Below, in pieces: positions 1 through 9,299 of a stretch of DNA of 57,674 bases. The DNA comes from a virus (Duplodnaviria; Caudoviricetes). The notes below the pieces were generated by a model. It made no database searches. It was given only the letters and a program-made list of their open reading frames with translations, and was not told where the DNA came from. The translations under genes were made by a program, and so were the position numbers. The stretch's first letter is position 1, and every line of letters starts with the position of its first letter. The stretch covers positions 1-57,674 of the IMG/VR virus record IMGVR_UViG_3300020733_000019. One strand, written 5' to 3'.

Positions 1-311
1 AATTTATTTTTACCCACACGCTCTAATATAGTTTGACTAGCAGGTTTAATTTCAATTAATTCAACATGCATCTTATTATTTTTATCTACATACTGGATAA
101 AAAAATCTGGTACATAAACTGTATGACGCTCTGTCAGCGGATCTACGTAAGGAATTTGTACAGCTTCGCTAGCCCATTTTGCAACATTTTCGTTAGTGTC
201 GCAAAAGTTCATAAAGCTCCATTCCCAGCTACTTCTATATGTCGGTGTTTTAGTTCCAACATATTTTTCGGGATGTTTCATAGTGAACTTGCCACGAGCA
301 AATTTAGACAT
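1..311 (-). CDS. gp4: Head completion nuclease, T4 gp4-like (TnsA-like PD-(D/E)xK fold); 3' end runs off the window
   Basis: Absent from the ORF track because it is truncated. Hand translation from ATG at 311: MSKFARGKFTMKHPEKYVGTKTPTYRSSWEWSFMNFCDTNENVAKWASEAVQIPYVDPLTERHTVYVPDFFIQY...ELIEIKP. The YRSSWE, W.SE..IPY, Y.PDF and EIKP motifs are typical of gp4. Starts 1 nt after the stop of the upstream gene. Confidence 0.9.
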   Translation of the reverse strand, partial: MSKFARGKFTMKHPEKYVGTKTPTYRSSWEWSFMNFCDTNENVAKWASEAVQIPYVDPLTERHTVYVPDFFIQYVDKNNKMHVELIEIKPASQTILERVGKNK

Positions 312-312
312 A

Positions 313-678
313 TTAGACTAGGATGTTGCGGGCTTCGAATGTATCAGTAGTAATAGCAGTTCTATAACCTAGTAAACTAGTTTTTTCTCTGTAAGAATTT
401 AGTACTTGCGTAATTACTTGACTAAGTTGTGTATCAGTTAATCCTTTTAGTTTATCTAATAAACTAAACACACTGACATTTTCAATCCTAGCTTGATTTA
501 ATAATATGATTGATGTAGAATTAGCACTACTTGTATCAAAACCTCGCTTAACAAAAAATGCCACAGTAGCATCTATTTCTGCCGCTGGAAAACTTACCTG
601 CTTGGTAAAATAATTGTCAAACACTACTTTTACATCAGTAGCATTACTCTGTGATAAAGGTAAATTTCCAGTAACCAT
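313..678 (-). CDS. Hypothetical protein (121 aa)
   Basis: ORF tightly coupled to both neighbours (overlaps the stop of 678-1688, abuts gp4). No recognisable motif. Confidence 0.75.
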   Translation of the reverse strand: MVTGNLPLSQSNATDVKVVFDNYFTKQVSFPAAEIDATVAFFVKRGFDTSSANSTSIILLNQARIENVSVFSLLDKLKGLTDTQLSQVITQVLNSYREKTSLLGYRTAITTDTFEARNILV

Positions 679-1688
679 TAATTGACCCTAATTCCTGAAG
701 TTGTAGCAGTTGTACTTGTGTCAGTATTATTTTGTGGAAAGGTGACCCCCGAAATTCCACCAGCTGATGACGATGTTGTTCCTGAATTTGTTAGCGGGGA
801 TGGAGATGTAGGATTTGCATCTATAGTGTTTTGAGCACTAGCAATCTGATCAACAACAGCGTTTAAAAATGATCCCTTGGCTGCTTCAACATCAAGAGCT
901 TGCACAAAACTTGGGTCAACTACTGATGGATCTGGATTTATACCTTGTAAGGGGCTTGGGAAATTATCGTACCATGCTTCGCTAAATCCTTCAACTCCAC
1001 CAGCAGTATCTAGCTCAGGATTGATTGCTCCAACATCATAGCTTACAGCTTCGTACATAATTTTCATATCAAATTCACGTGTCTTAGTATCAGCATAATC
1101 TACTCTGTTATGATTCCAACTGGTAATAATAGGATTTCTTAGGGTATATTTTACATATTCATGTCGTGCCATTTGGTAAATTGATATGTATCTAAAGAAT
1201 GGATCAGTGCTGCCATTATCTAATCCATAAGCTGTTGGAATATACTTAAATCTTTTTGTAGCATTTCTATTATATGCTTCGGTGGTTTTAGCTGACAACG
1301 GATCAGCATAGTAATAACTGTAATAGTTTTGCCATAGCTGATTTATTAAACCCATGTTGTCATCGTGGAATTTAATATCTATTTCGCCCGGTGTATGAAA
1401 ATACTGAACTACTTTTTTTCTATTGTATTGATTAAGTGTTTCTGTTTTAACAGTATAGTTAGGTAGTGCTACACTCTTTACCAGCAAGTTAATTTCTAAA
1501 CCATGACGCTGTAGAATATTAATGTTTTGTAGTGCTCCTGGATTAATACCAAATGCTACATGAAACTGAAATCCAAATTTAGGAGCTAGCCTAAACTGAT
1601 CCGAATTGAATAAAGTCGCGGCATGGCGCTGATCACGTAGAAACGTGGTCGAATCAGACTTTAAATGATTGTCGGCTGTAAATCCCAT
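678..1688 (-). CDS. Tail-tube-fold protein, probable baseplate tube initiator (T4 gp54/gp48-like)
   Basis: VKSVALP..T..LNQYNRK..V...EIDIKFHDD pattern parallels the adjacent tube gene (ARPQVKF...IYNSK...WEPIAIKLRDD). S/T-rich C-terminal tail. Position next to tube and sheath. Confidence 0.65.
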   Translation of the reverse strand: MGFTADNHLKSDSTTFLRDQRHAATLFNSDQFRLAPKFGFQFHVAFGINPGALQNINILQRHGLEINLLVKSVALPNYTVKTETLNQYNRKKVVQYFHTPGEIDIKFHDDNMGLINQLWQNYYSYYYADPLSAKTTEAYNRNATKRFKYIPTAYGLDNGSTDPFFRYISIYQMARHEYVKYTLRNPIITSWNHNRVDYADTKTREFDMKIMYEAVSYDVGAINPELDTAGGVEGFSEAWYDNFPSPLQGINPDPSVVDPSFVQALDVEAAKGSFLNAVVDQIASAQNTIDANPTSPSPLTNSGTTSSSAGGISGVTFPQNNTDTSTTATTSGIRVN

Positions 1689-1693
1689 AATAG

Positions 1694-1700
1694 TATTTAT
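1694..1700 (-). promoter_or_regulatory. T4-type late promoter (ATAAATA), 5 nt before the start codon
   Basis: Minus strand reads ATAAATA-ctatt-ATG; T4 late consensus is TATAAATA. Confidence 0.7.
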
Positions 1701-1739
1701 TTAAAAGATAAAGTGCGCAGTTAATGATTAGTCATAATA

Positions 1740-1759
1740 AAACCCACCTAAGTGGGTTT
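1740..1759 (-). terminator. Intrinsic terminator after the tail tube gene
   Basis: Minus strand AAACCCAC-TTAG-GTGGGTTT followed by TATT, 4 nt after the stop codon. Confidence 0.75.
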
Positions 1760-1763
1760 ATTA

Positions 1764-2390
1764 TTATGAACCTAATGCGTTTTTGCCTGGAGCTGCCATT
1801 ACAGGAGTTGGACTTCCAATAGCTGGAACTGGAGCAGTTTGTACAGCATTATCAAAGCGTATGCTTAGATCGATCATAGCTGGACCTTGCTCACTATATT
1901 TTAAATCTTGCCAGTTTGTAGATTCAACATAGCAACCATAACATTCCCATGTTTCGAGAACGTTAGGAGTTTGTGAACCATTACCACCATCGAGAATTTC
2001 AATACGCATTGTGAATTTGTAATCACCCGCCGCTGCCGCTGAACTTTGTTCAAAAAAGTCAAATTGTTTCTGATTCTGCTCACCAACTAGTTTAGATACT
2101 GCACCAGTTACATCATCACGCAATTTAATTGCGATTGGTTCCCAAGCCGGTTTGCCTGCATAGTGAATCTTGCTGTTATAAATTTCAATAATTTGATCAG
2201 TAAATTTAACTTGTGGACGAGCCGCTTCAGAAACTTGTTTTGTAAGTTCTGTTGTAGGAGTGCTTACACCAAAGTTTTCAAATGAAATACGGAATCTGTA
2301 TTTCAACTTTGGCATTAACATGCCTTGTGTTGCTGAGCTTTGGTTTGAAGCTAAGGGTACTGTAAAGTTTGATAGTGCCGCGATTGCCAT
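1764..2390 (-). CDS. gp19: Tail tube protein (T4 gp19-like)
   Basis: KLKYRFRI.F...AGKP.WEPI.I.LRDD...ETWECYGCY...L.Y...I.LSIRFD tube pattern. Directly downstream of sheath, with AGGAG RBS. Confidence 0.88.
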   Translation of the reverse strand: MAIAALSNFTVPLASNQSSATQGMLMPKLKYRFRISFENFGVSTPTTELTKQVSEAARPQVKFTDQIIEIYNSKIHYAGKPAWEPIAIKLRDDVTGAVSKLVGEQNQKQFDFFEQSSAAAAGDYKFTMRIEILDGGNGSQTPNVLETWECYGCYVESTNWQDLKYSEQGPAMIDLSIRFDNAVQTAPVPAIGSPTPVMAAPGKNALGS

Positions 2391-2404
2391 TTAATATCTC
2401 CTAA

Positions 2405-5400
2405 TTATTTGCTACCTAAACCAGCAATAGCGCCTGTGTTTTCTAAGCGTAGTGGAATGTAAATAAATTCAACTGCTTTAACTGGTTCAATTGCAATATC
2501 AACATGCAACTCGTTAGCATTGATTCTGCTTGGTGTGTTGTTTGAAGTATCGCACACTACTAGGTAGTCGTAAATACCGCGCTCACCAACTAAGTTGAGC
2601 AATAACTGTTCAACTTGGTTTCTCATTTCGTTACGAGTGATCGTATCGTTTGGTTCAAAAATGTATGGTTTAGCAATCGCATTTAATTGATAGCGTAAGT
2701 AAATCACTAAACGTGCTACGTTAATACGATTCAATGAGCTAGCCACTAATGAACGTGTGTACTGCCCATAAACTACTAGTCCTGTTCCACCAATGTAAGT
2801 AATTGGGTTAACTTGAACGTTGGCGAGTGTATTGCGCTGTCCAGTATTCAATGCTACTGGTAAGTATGTGCCAGTTTGTCCAACAACATAACCTACTGAG
2901 CTAGCATTTGTAACACCGCCACGACGTACACCAGCTGGTGCAAACCATGGGTAAGAAACATTATCACTTAGGGCGATTGTACGCAACATTACATGGCTTG
3001 GAGGAACAACAATATTGTTACCATACAAGTCTGTAGTATCTGCCCATGGGTAGTAAACTGCTGTGTTAGCATCTGTTGTTACTAGTCCTGCTTCGCCGTC
3101 ACCTGTTGCATTGTTAACATTTTTACCCCATGCGTTCAAGCTAGTCGCATCTGGTGTTAAACGTGCTGGAGCATCTGCTACGATAAATGATAACAATCCG
3201 CGTCCAGTGTTAAAGCTAACTAGTGAACTTAGCGTTTCGATGTATCCTGGGCAACTTAATAGTGTAAATGTAATGCTGTCTTCGTTGCGAATGTTTTGAT
3301 TAGATTGAATCAAACCGTTCAATGCCGCAACTACAACTGCACGTTGTGATTTACGTCCAAATTGTCCCACTCCTAAGTAATCATTAGGACTTGCTGTTAC
3401 CCAACGATCTGGATAGTAGTAAGTCATGTAAGGAGAACCAGACATAATTGTATTTTGAGCGGCTGTGTTAACATAGCCAGTTACATATTTCTTAACATTA
3501 AATCCTGAACGACGTGTGTTCCATAGCAACATACCTTTTGGATATAGTGCTGGATTAGGAGCATCAAAGTCAACAAAGTCGCTAGTAATCAATGTACCTG
3601 TTGTAGCACCTGCAATAGTCTGTGGAGTTGCGGCACCTGTTTTTGCACTAGCTGAGTTAGTGCTATCATCATACCAACGTGCATCAGCAAAAATAATACC
3701 ATTTTGTGTTGTATGGTCTGAGTTAACAACTAATACCCATGCCTTTGTCAATCCATTCCACTTGTACAATGTTGGCCATGCTTCAGTATTGCTTGAGTTT
3801 AACCATAAGTCACCGTGTTGTAGACTTGCGCCTGCTGAGTTTGTAGTTGGTTGAGTAGCAGAAATAATAGGACCATTAATATCTGTTGTAGTTGCGGCAT
3901 TAACATAGCCAACACCTTGGTTAACAACTACTTTACCTGCTGTTGAGCAATAACCTCTCCAGCGTGTGCCATCATTAATCAAAATGTCTAGATCAGTTAA
4001 AACTGTGTCATACCATAATGTACCATTTGCTGGCGTTGTTGTAGGAGCAGTAGCACTTGGAGTTACTAGTGCTGTTCCGCTTGTAACTGAAATTGTGTTT
4101 GCCCAGGCTGAAATCAAATACTTTCCATCGCTACCTGTTGAGCTTGGATCATTGTAAAAATTGCTTAAACCTAGTGTACCACCAGTAGTAAACGCTGCCT
4201 TAATAGGAGTGTTAGTACCGTCAGTTAAACGAATATCACCACCTTGTGTATGTGTGATAACAATTTGATTATTAGCATTAATACTTGCTAAAACGTTAGT
4301 TAGATTCTGTGCGGCAGCGTTAAATGCGGCAACAAATGCTTGTGCATCATTTATGGCGTTGCCAGTTGCAGTAAATGTAACAGCATTGCTACTAACTAAC
4401 GGTGCTGATGTTAATGTAGAACTACCAACTTGACTTGATGACAGTGCGGCAATTGTGTTAGAACCTGATGTAAATGTGCTGGCTGTAATAATATTGGAAG
4501 TAACTACAGTATTACCAGATGAAGTACGCTGATAAATCTTGTAGTTTGCCAGTGCTGGACTAGTTTCTGTGTCATTATACTTGATATAAACTTGCCCAAC
4601 TGGAATATTAGCACCACCACCTGTTGCATCCAAGGCAGCCATTGCTGATTGATTGTTAGCATATAACTGTGTAATCGGTTGTTGGATCCAGCTAGCAGTC
4701 GTACCGTTATAATATTGAATATTAAAGTTAGCACCTAGGTTAACTGTAGTTGTTTTGATCCACAAGCTACCTGTTGGATAACCACTAGTACCTGTGTAAG
4801 TACCGTTGCTGTAGTTGCCATATTGTGGAACTTGATAATGTGGAGCTATAGTTAGTGTCGGAGCTTGGTATGTACCAGCTGTGATACCTAATGTTGTTAA
4901 ATTCTGTGGGTTACCGCCACCTGATGCAATAACAACTGCTACACCTGTTGAATAGATGTTTAAGAAACCGTTTTGTACACTGGCTGTAACGCCAGCGATA
5001 CTTGCTCCGTTAATTGCTGTTGCTAGTGTTGCTAGTGTTGTACCTGCATTAGTAACAGTAATTGTGTTAATTAACATAGTACCACCGCTAGTTAGCGTTG
5101 GGCTAGCCGCTGTTGAAGTAACTGTTGGCCATGATTTAACCCAAGCTGTTGTACCAACTTGAACCCATGCGCTGTTACTTGCCGCAACAGTTGTACCGCC
5201 TGTACCATCATTGGCTGTGTTGTATGTCTTAAACCATAGGATGTTTGTGTTTGTAGCGGCTGAACATGCTACAACTGCGTAGTCGCCTGGACTACCGTAA
5301 CTGGCTAAAGGAGCATCATAAACATCAAGTCCGTCGTTACCTGTTGATGAACTCAAATACTGTGTAGTTGTAAGAACTGTTAAGTTATTAATTGACTGTT

Positions 5401-5896
5401 GTTCTTGGAATGTTTGTCCATTAGTTGTAGTAGCGGCACTACCATTCCACTGGAATACACCATAATTTGTTGCTGTAGTATTCCACCAGTATGTTCCAGC
5501 TGTTGGACTACCGATTGGAATTGTTGCTGAACCTGTTAGCTGTCCTAGATCAACATCTGCACGTACTACGTATGCTTGGCTTGAAACTCCTAAGAAACTG
5601 TAGGCAGCTTCTAATCCGTACTCATTAATTTCACCAGCATTAACTGGATTGTTTGAAGCATCAGTTTGGAAATATGGAACACCAAAGTTTGCACCCAAGT
5701 CTGCTTGACTTGTTAGCAAATATACATTGCCAGCATTTGCTGTAAGTGTTCCTGGAGCAATACCTGTTCCAGCTGAATTCATTTTGTTTGCTGCCGAAGC
5801 AACGATAATTAAAGGTACTGTACCCGGTGCGGCGGGTGTGTAATACGATTCGTTAACAACCGTTACGCTTACCCCTGCTGAACTTAATTGAGCCAT
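2405..5896 (-). CDS. gp18: Contractile tail sheath protein (T4 gp18-like) with large internal insertions, 1163 aa
   Basis: N-terminal LSSAGVSVTVVNES; C-terminal YYPW, VPPS, PWFAPAG.RRG, VNPI, G..VYGQ.T, RINVARL, FEPND..TR, VVCD.SNNTP, DI.I.P.KAVEFI sheath motifs. Confidence 0.96.
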   Translation of the reverse strand: MAQLSSAGVSVTVVNESYYTPAAPGTVPLIIVASAANKMNSAGTGIAPGTLTANAGNVYLLTSQADLGANFGVPYFQTDASNNPVNAGEINEYGLEAAYSFLGVSSQAYVVRADVDLGQLTGSATIPIGSPTAGTYWWNTTATNYGVFQWNGSAATTTNGQTFQEQQSINNLTVLTTTQYLSSSTGNDGLDVYDAPLASYGSPGDYAVVACSAATNTNILWFKTYNTANDGTGGTTVAASNSAWVQVGTTAWVKSWPTVTSTAASPTLTSGGTMLINTITVTNAGTTLATLATAINGASIAGVTASVQNGFLNIYSTGVAVVIASGGGNPQNLTTLGITAGTYQAPTLTIAPHYQVPQYGNYSNGTYTGTSGYPTGSLWIKTTTVNLGANFNIQYYNGTTASWIQQPITQLYANNQSAMAALDATGGGANIPVGQVYIKYNDTETSPALANYKIYQRTSSGNTVVTSNIITASTFTSGSNTIAALSSSQVGSSTLTSAPLVSSNAVTFTATGNAINDAQAFVAAFNAAAQNLTNVLASINANNQIVITHTQGGDIRLTDGTNTPIKAAFTTGGTLGLSNFYNDPSSTGSDGKYLISAWANTISVTSGTALVTPSATAPTTTPANGTLWYDTVLTDLDILINDGTRWRGYCSTAGKVVVNQGVGYVNAATTTDINGPIISATQPTTNSAGASLQHGDLWLNSSNTEAWPTLYKWNGLTKAWVLVVNSDHTTQNGIIFADARWYDDSTNSASAKTGAATPQTIAGATTGTLITSDFVDFDAPNPALYPKGMLLWNTRRSGFNVKKYVTGYVNTAAQNTIMSGSPYMTYYYPDRWVTASPNDYLGVGQFGRKSQRAVVVAALNGLIQSNQNIRNEDSITFTLLSCPGYIETLSSLVSFNTGRGLLSFIVADAPARLTPDATSLNAWGKNVNNATGDGEAGLVTTDANTAVYYPWADTTDLYGNNIVVPPSHVMLRTIALSDNVSYPWFAPAGVRRGGVTNASSVGYVVGQTGTYLPVALNTGQRNTLANVQVNPITYIGGTGLVVYGQYTRSLVASSLNRINVARLVIYLRYQLNAIAKPYIFEPNDTITRNEMRNQVEQLLLNLVGERGIYDYLVVCDTSNNTPSRINANELHVDIAIEPVKAVEFIYIPLRLENTGAIAGLGSK

Positions 5897-5928
5897 TGTG
5901 TTATCTCCATGATGACATACTGTTAATG

Positions 5929-5935
5929 TATTTAT
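5929..5935 (-). promoter_or_regulatory. Late promoter for the sheath-tube operon
   Basis: Minus strand cATAAATA, then a short leader containing the GGAG RBS before ATG at 5896. Confidence 0.7.
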
Positions 5936-5990
5936 GGCATTTGGACTTTTTGGCGCAGTTATACTGTCTGAAAAAGGGGCGAAAAAGGCT

Positions 5991-5996
5991 TAAATA
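5991..5996 (+). promoter_or_regulatory. Late promoter core (TAAATA), 4 nt before the HNH start
   Basis: cTTAAATA-ttca-ATG at 6001; divergent from the sheath promoter. Confidence 0.55.
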
Positions 5997-6000
5997 TTCA

Positions 6001-6327
6001 ATGAGACCTTTATGTTTGTGTGGTTTAAGACCCGCCGCTATTAACTATCGTAAGAATGGGCGCATTTATTATCGAAGTAAATGCGAGCTATGTCTTGGAG
6101 GTAAAGGTATAGCCCGTTGGTATCGCTCAGGCTACCGAATGAAGAATTTATGCGACAAGTGCGGGTTTAAAAGTCCGCATCGAGAAGTGTTTGCTGTCTT
6201 CCATGTTGATGGCAACTTAGATCATTGTCATCCTAGCAATCTTAAAACTGTGTGCGCAAATTGTCAACGGGTTCTTCACAAAGAAGGTGTGAAATGGCGT
6301 CAAGGGGATCTTGTGCCGGATTTATAA
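6001..6327 (+). CDS. Zn-finger / degenerate HNH-family protein (start revised from 5896 to ATG 6001)
   Basis: CxC...CxxC N-terminus, then CDKC...FHVDGN..HC..SNL.TVCANCQ HNH core. The ORF-track extension runs through the divergent promoter region and is unlikely to be translated. Confidence 0.75.
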   Translation: MRPLCLCGLRPAAINYRKNGRIYYRSKCELCLGGKGIARWYRSGYRMKNLCDKCGFKSPHREVFAVFHVDGNLDHCHPSNLKTVCANCQRVLHKEGVKWRQGDLVPDL

Positions 6328-6946
6328 GTGCTTGAACTTGCTTATACAGATCATCAATAGTACTGTTATTTTCTAGTACAAAATCAAATTTAGTGCCAAC
6401 CCAAGCAGTCTCCGATGCATGGATTTTTCTAAGTTCCATACGTTTAGTAGCAAGAGCCCAATTCATGCACTTGTCTCCAGCATTAACATCAGCGGCATCT
6501 TTATACCATTCGGGCTCTGGACCACGTTTTACGCGAATAACAATGCCGCCTGCTTCTTTGATTGATTTAATTTCATTAGGGAAACGACAGTCACTAATAA
6601 CGATGTCGTCCTTGCTAGTACGCAGTTTGTTTTCTAGTGATGCAATCCACATATCGTCGTGGAATCCATTGCGGCAAACTTCAGTACCCCAGTATTGTAA
6701 AATGTATCGTGGAGTAAGATCGGGCATGTTCAAACGTTCTGCCCACCATGGATCTACTTGTTCGCGCCATTCGCGGGCTTGTTTTGTGCGTCCTTCTAAC
6801 ATAGTTCTGTCCCAGCCAAATACTGCTGACACAGCATCTTTTAAACTGTTGGCAAAACTTTCTCGTCTAAACCCATGGAAATTTGTTAGATAATCAGCAA
6901 TAGTATCTTTGCCAGAACCAATAAAACCGCACACACCAATAATCAT
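6242..6946 (-). CDS. gp1: Deoxynucleoside monophosphate kinase (T4 gp1-like)
   Basis: IIGVCGFIGSGKDT P-loop, SFA..LKD, TPR.ILQ.WGTE..R, VISDCRFPNE and H.SE motifs. Confidence 0.93.
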   Translation of the reverse strand: MIIGVCGFIGSGKDTIADYLTNFHGFRRESFANSLKDAVSAVFGWDRTMLEGRTKQAREWREQVDPWWAERLNMPDLTPRYILQYWGTEVCRNGFHDDMWIASLENKLRTSKDDIVISDCRFPNEIKSIKEAGGIVIRVKRGPEPEWYKDAADVNAGDKCMNWALATKRMELRKIHASETAWVGTKFDFVLENNSTIDDLYKQVQALINPAQDPLDAISHLLCEEPVDNLRTQF

Positions 6947-6967
6947 AGAGCCCCCTAAGTTAGCTCT

Positions 6968-6996
6968 AGTATATAACAGTTTTGTTACAGGGTCAA
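6968..6996 (-). promoter_or_regulatory. Sigma70-type (early/middle) promoter for the dNMP kinase
   Basis: Minus strand TTGACC-17 nt-TATACT, with 21 nt between the -10 box and the ATG. Confidence 0.8.
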
Positions 6997-7003
6997 GATA
7001 TTT

Positions 7004-7792
7004 TTAGCCAAGAACAAAATAATAACCAGTTCCGCCGGAGACTAGTGTTTCCAATTCTTTGTCTAATTTTTCCAATTCAGCTGTTGCGGCTGACAGGAGT
7101 GCAGTACCATTAAGTGTTACTGCTTGGCTTGGTCCGCTGATTGAACCAAATTTGCTACGAGCTTCGCCCAGTATACTTTTTACTGTTGCTAATGAATAAT
7201 CTCGTAACCATTGTTTAGCATATGGATCTTGTAATAAAACCCAGTCTGGACGATAGTTGTAGCTCTGCACAAGAATTTGTTCGCCTTGTGCAAATGGGCG
7301 TTGTAAAATATTTAAAATATGTGTAGTAGGCTTCCAAAGAAATTCTATGTAACTACCAAACATGCGTCCTACTAGCTTCTGATAACCAGCAAACGCATCA
7401 TATGTTGCTAGTCCGCCCATCATTGATCCTGACATCAAATATGTATTCGTATATGCCAAGTTAAAGGGTTCAAACAAAGTACCACCAGCACCGATACCAG
7501 TACGAGACCCAATCGCACGACGGAATACTTGGCGAACTGCAATAACTTCGTCGGGTAGTCTGTATTCATTTTGATCCTGTATTAATTCTAAAAACAAATA
7601 GCTTTCTTCCACAGCGTTAGGACTACGCTGGCGATAGCGATTTAACGCACGATCTAGGGCAGTTTCGTAGTGTACATCATCTAGCTCAATATCAATCATG
7701 CCGTCGCCCAGCATTTTTCTACAATACTCAAATACTTTATTGCGCTCTTCTGTAGATGTGCTTTGCGTTGTTGACGGTAAAGAATCTGCCAT
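7004..7792 (-). CDS. gp13: Neck protein / head-tail adaptor (T4 gp13-like)
   Basis: Y....LG...IDIEL......ALD.AL..Y N-terminus, Y.LP.EVI.V..VF, W..DY.LA..K..LG..RSKF....GP...VTLNG..L C-terminus. Confidence 0.88.
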   Translation of the reverse strand: MADSLPSTTQSTSTEERNKVFEYCRKMLGDGMIDIELDDVHYETALDRALNRYRQRSPNAVEESYLFLELIQDQNEYRLPDEVIAVRQVFRRAIGSRTGIGAGGTLFEPFNLAYTNTYLMSGSMMGGLATYDAFAGYQKLVGRMFGSYIEFLWKPTTHILNILQRPFAQGEQILVQSYNYRPDWVLLQDPYAKQWLRDYSLATVKSILGEARSKFGSISGPSQAVTLNGTALLSAATAELEKLDKELETLVSGGTGYYFVLG

Positions 7793-7810
7793 ATTTTTGT
7801 CCTCGTAGTA

Positions 7811-7830
7811 TATTTAGCTAGCGATAAATA
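7811..7830. promoter_or_regulatory. Back-to-back divergent late promoters (CTAAATA on minus for gp13; ATAAATA on plus for gp14)
   Basis: TATTTA-gctagcga-TAAATA in the short gap between the divergent genes. Confidence 0.75.
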
Positions 7831-7838
7831 TGTTTACT

Positions 7839-9299
7839 ATGCCAAGATTAAGTCTATATAAACCAGAAAAAGGCAATGACTACAAGTTCATTGATCGCCA
7901 AGCCTCAGAAATGTTCACAGTGGGCGGCACCGACGTTTACTGGCACAAATATCTAGGAGCAAATACTGATGCCGCAGATGCTACTGCGGATAAGCCAAAC
8001 TATCCTAGTAATAATTTAACAAATATACAAGATTTGCTATTCTTAGAAAATCGTGATCGAACTTATGATAAAGAAATTTATCGTGGGCGCGGCATTTATA
8101 ATGTGCAAAATATAGATTTTAATATGAGTCAATTTGGGCTGTTTATCGAAAATGATACGCTTTATATGACTGTACATATTAATGATATTGTAAGACTAAT
8201 TGGGCGTAAACCTATCACAGGTGATGTTATAGAATTTCCTCACTTACGTGATGACTTTGCAATTAATTCTTATCACATGTCATTGCCTAGATACTATCAA
8301 GTGACTGATGTAGGGCGTGCCAGTGAAGGATTTTCAGTAACTTGGTTTCCACATCTGTATAGAATTAAACTCAAACGTATTATGAATCAACAGCAGTTTG
8401 CTGGTATTTTCAATCAACCTGCAACTGACATTAATGGAGATCCCGAGGTAGGTGCTAATACTACACTAGCAGATTTATTAAGCACATACAACAATGTATT
8501 AGGTGTTAACAATCAAGTTATTGCCCAAGCAGAAGCAGATGCGCCGATGAGCGGATATGAAACTCGTCAATTTTATACGTTAGCTGTTGACAGCAATGGC
8601 AAACCAGTGGTGCAAACTACAGACGAATCAGATTTAGACGCTAGTCAAATTGCTATATTAGCTAACGAAGATGCCGGAGTACCTAGTCGTACTGGATATA
8701 CTGGTTACTTGATCGGTGATGGTTTTCCTGTCAATGGGTATGCCTTTGGTCACGGTATACAATTTCCCGAATATCCCGGAGACAATGATTTCTTTTTGCG
8801 TACAGATTTTTTACCTAACAGACTATTTCGATTTGATACTGCGGGACAGTATTGGGTCAAAGTTGAAGATGCAGTACGTATGACTATGACACAAACTGAC
8901 ACAAGATCTACTTTAAAAACTGGATTTATTAACAACAACAATTACACATATAATAGTCAAGTGGCAACCGATGTTGTTGTATTAGCATCTGGTGCTACAA
9001 CAATATATACAAGAATATTATTTGCAACCGGACATACAGTTCCATATGCGGTAGTAAGCCAAGGTATTACCATGTTAGGTTATGCACTAAGCGATTATCC
9101 AACAACGTTGTACAGTACCTATACCTATACAAATCCAGCAGGCGTACAAAGTCAGTGCTTGCAAATTACATTGCCTGTGATTAATGGAACACAGCAAACC
9201 ATACCTAATGCAGGACAATGGACTGTAACACTATATAATACACGAGAAGCAGAACGATCAAGTTTATCTACTGCACTTAAACCTAAGGCGGATTTCTAA
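7839..9299 (+). CDS. gp14: Neck protein (T4 gp14-like head closure) with C-terminal extension; start revised to ATG 7839
   Basis: G.DVY..KY, DLLFLENRDR.Y, SQFGLF..ND.L.MT.H, GDVIEFPHL. The ATG at 7830 overlaps the late promoter box, so MPRLSLY is the likelier start. Confidence 0.75.
   Translation: MPRLSLYKPEKGNDYKFIDRQASEMFTVGGTDVYWHKYLGANTDAADATADKPNYPSNNLTNIQDLLFLENRDRTYDKEIYRGRGIYNVQNIDFNMSQFGLFIENDTLYMTVHINDIVRLIGRKPITGDVIEFPHLRDDFAINSYHMSLPRYYQVTDVGRASEGFSVTWFPHLYRIKLKRIMNQQQFAGIFNQPATDINGDPEVGANTTLADLLSTYNNVLGVNNQVIAQAEADAPMSGYETRQFYTLAVDSNGKPVVQTTDESDLDASQIAILANEDAGVPSRTGYTGYLIGDGFPVNGYAFGHGIQFPEYPGDNDFFLRTDFLPNRLFRFDTAGQYWVKVEDAVRMTMTQTDTRSTLKTGFINNNNYTYNSQVATDVVVLASGATTIYTRILFATGHTVPYAVVSQGITMLGYALSDYPTTLYSTYTYTNPAGVQSQCLQITLPVINGTQQTIPNAGQWTVTLYNTREAERSSLSTALKPKADF

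Noticed and set aside
66-350. 94-aa plus-strand ORF
   Set aside because: Antisense shadow of the gp4-like gene, which has clear family motifs on the minus strand.
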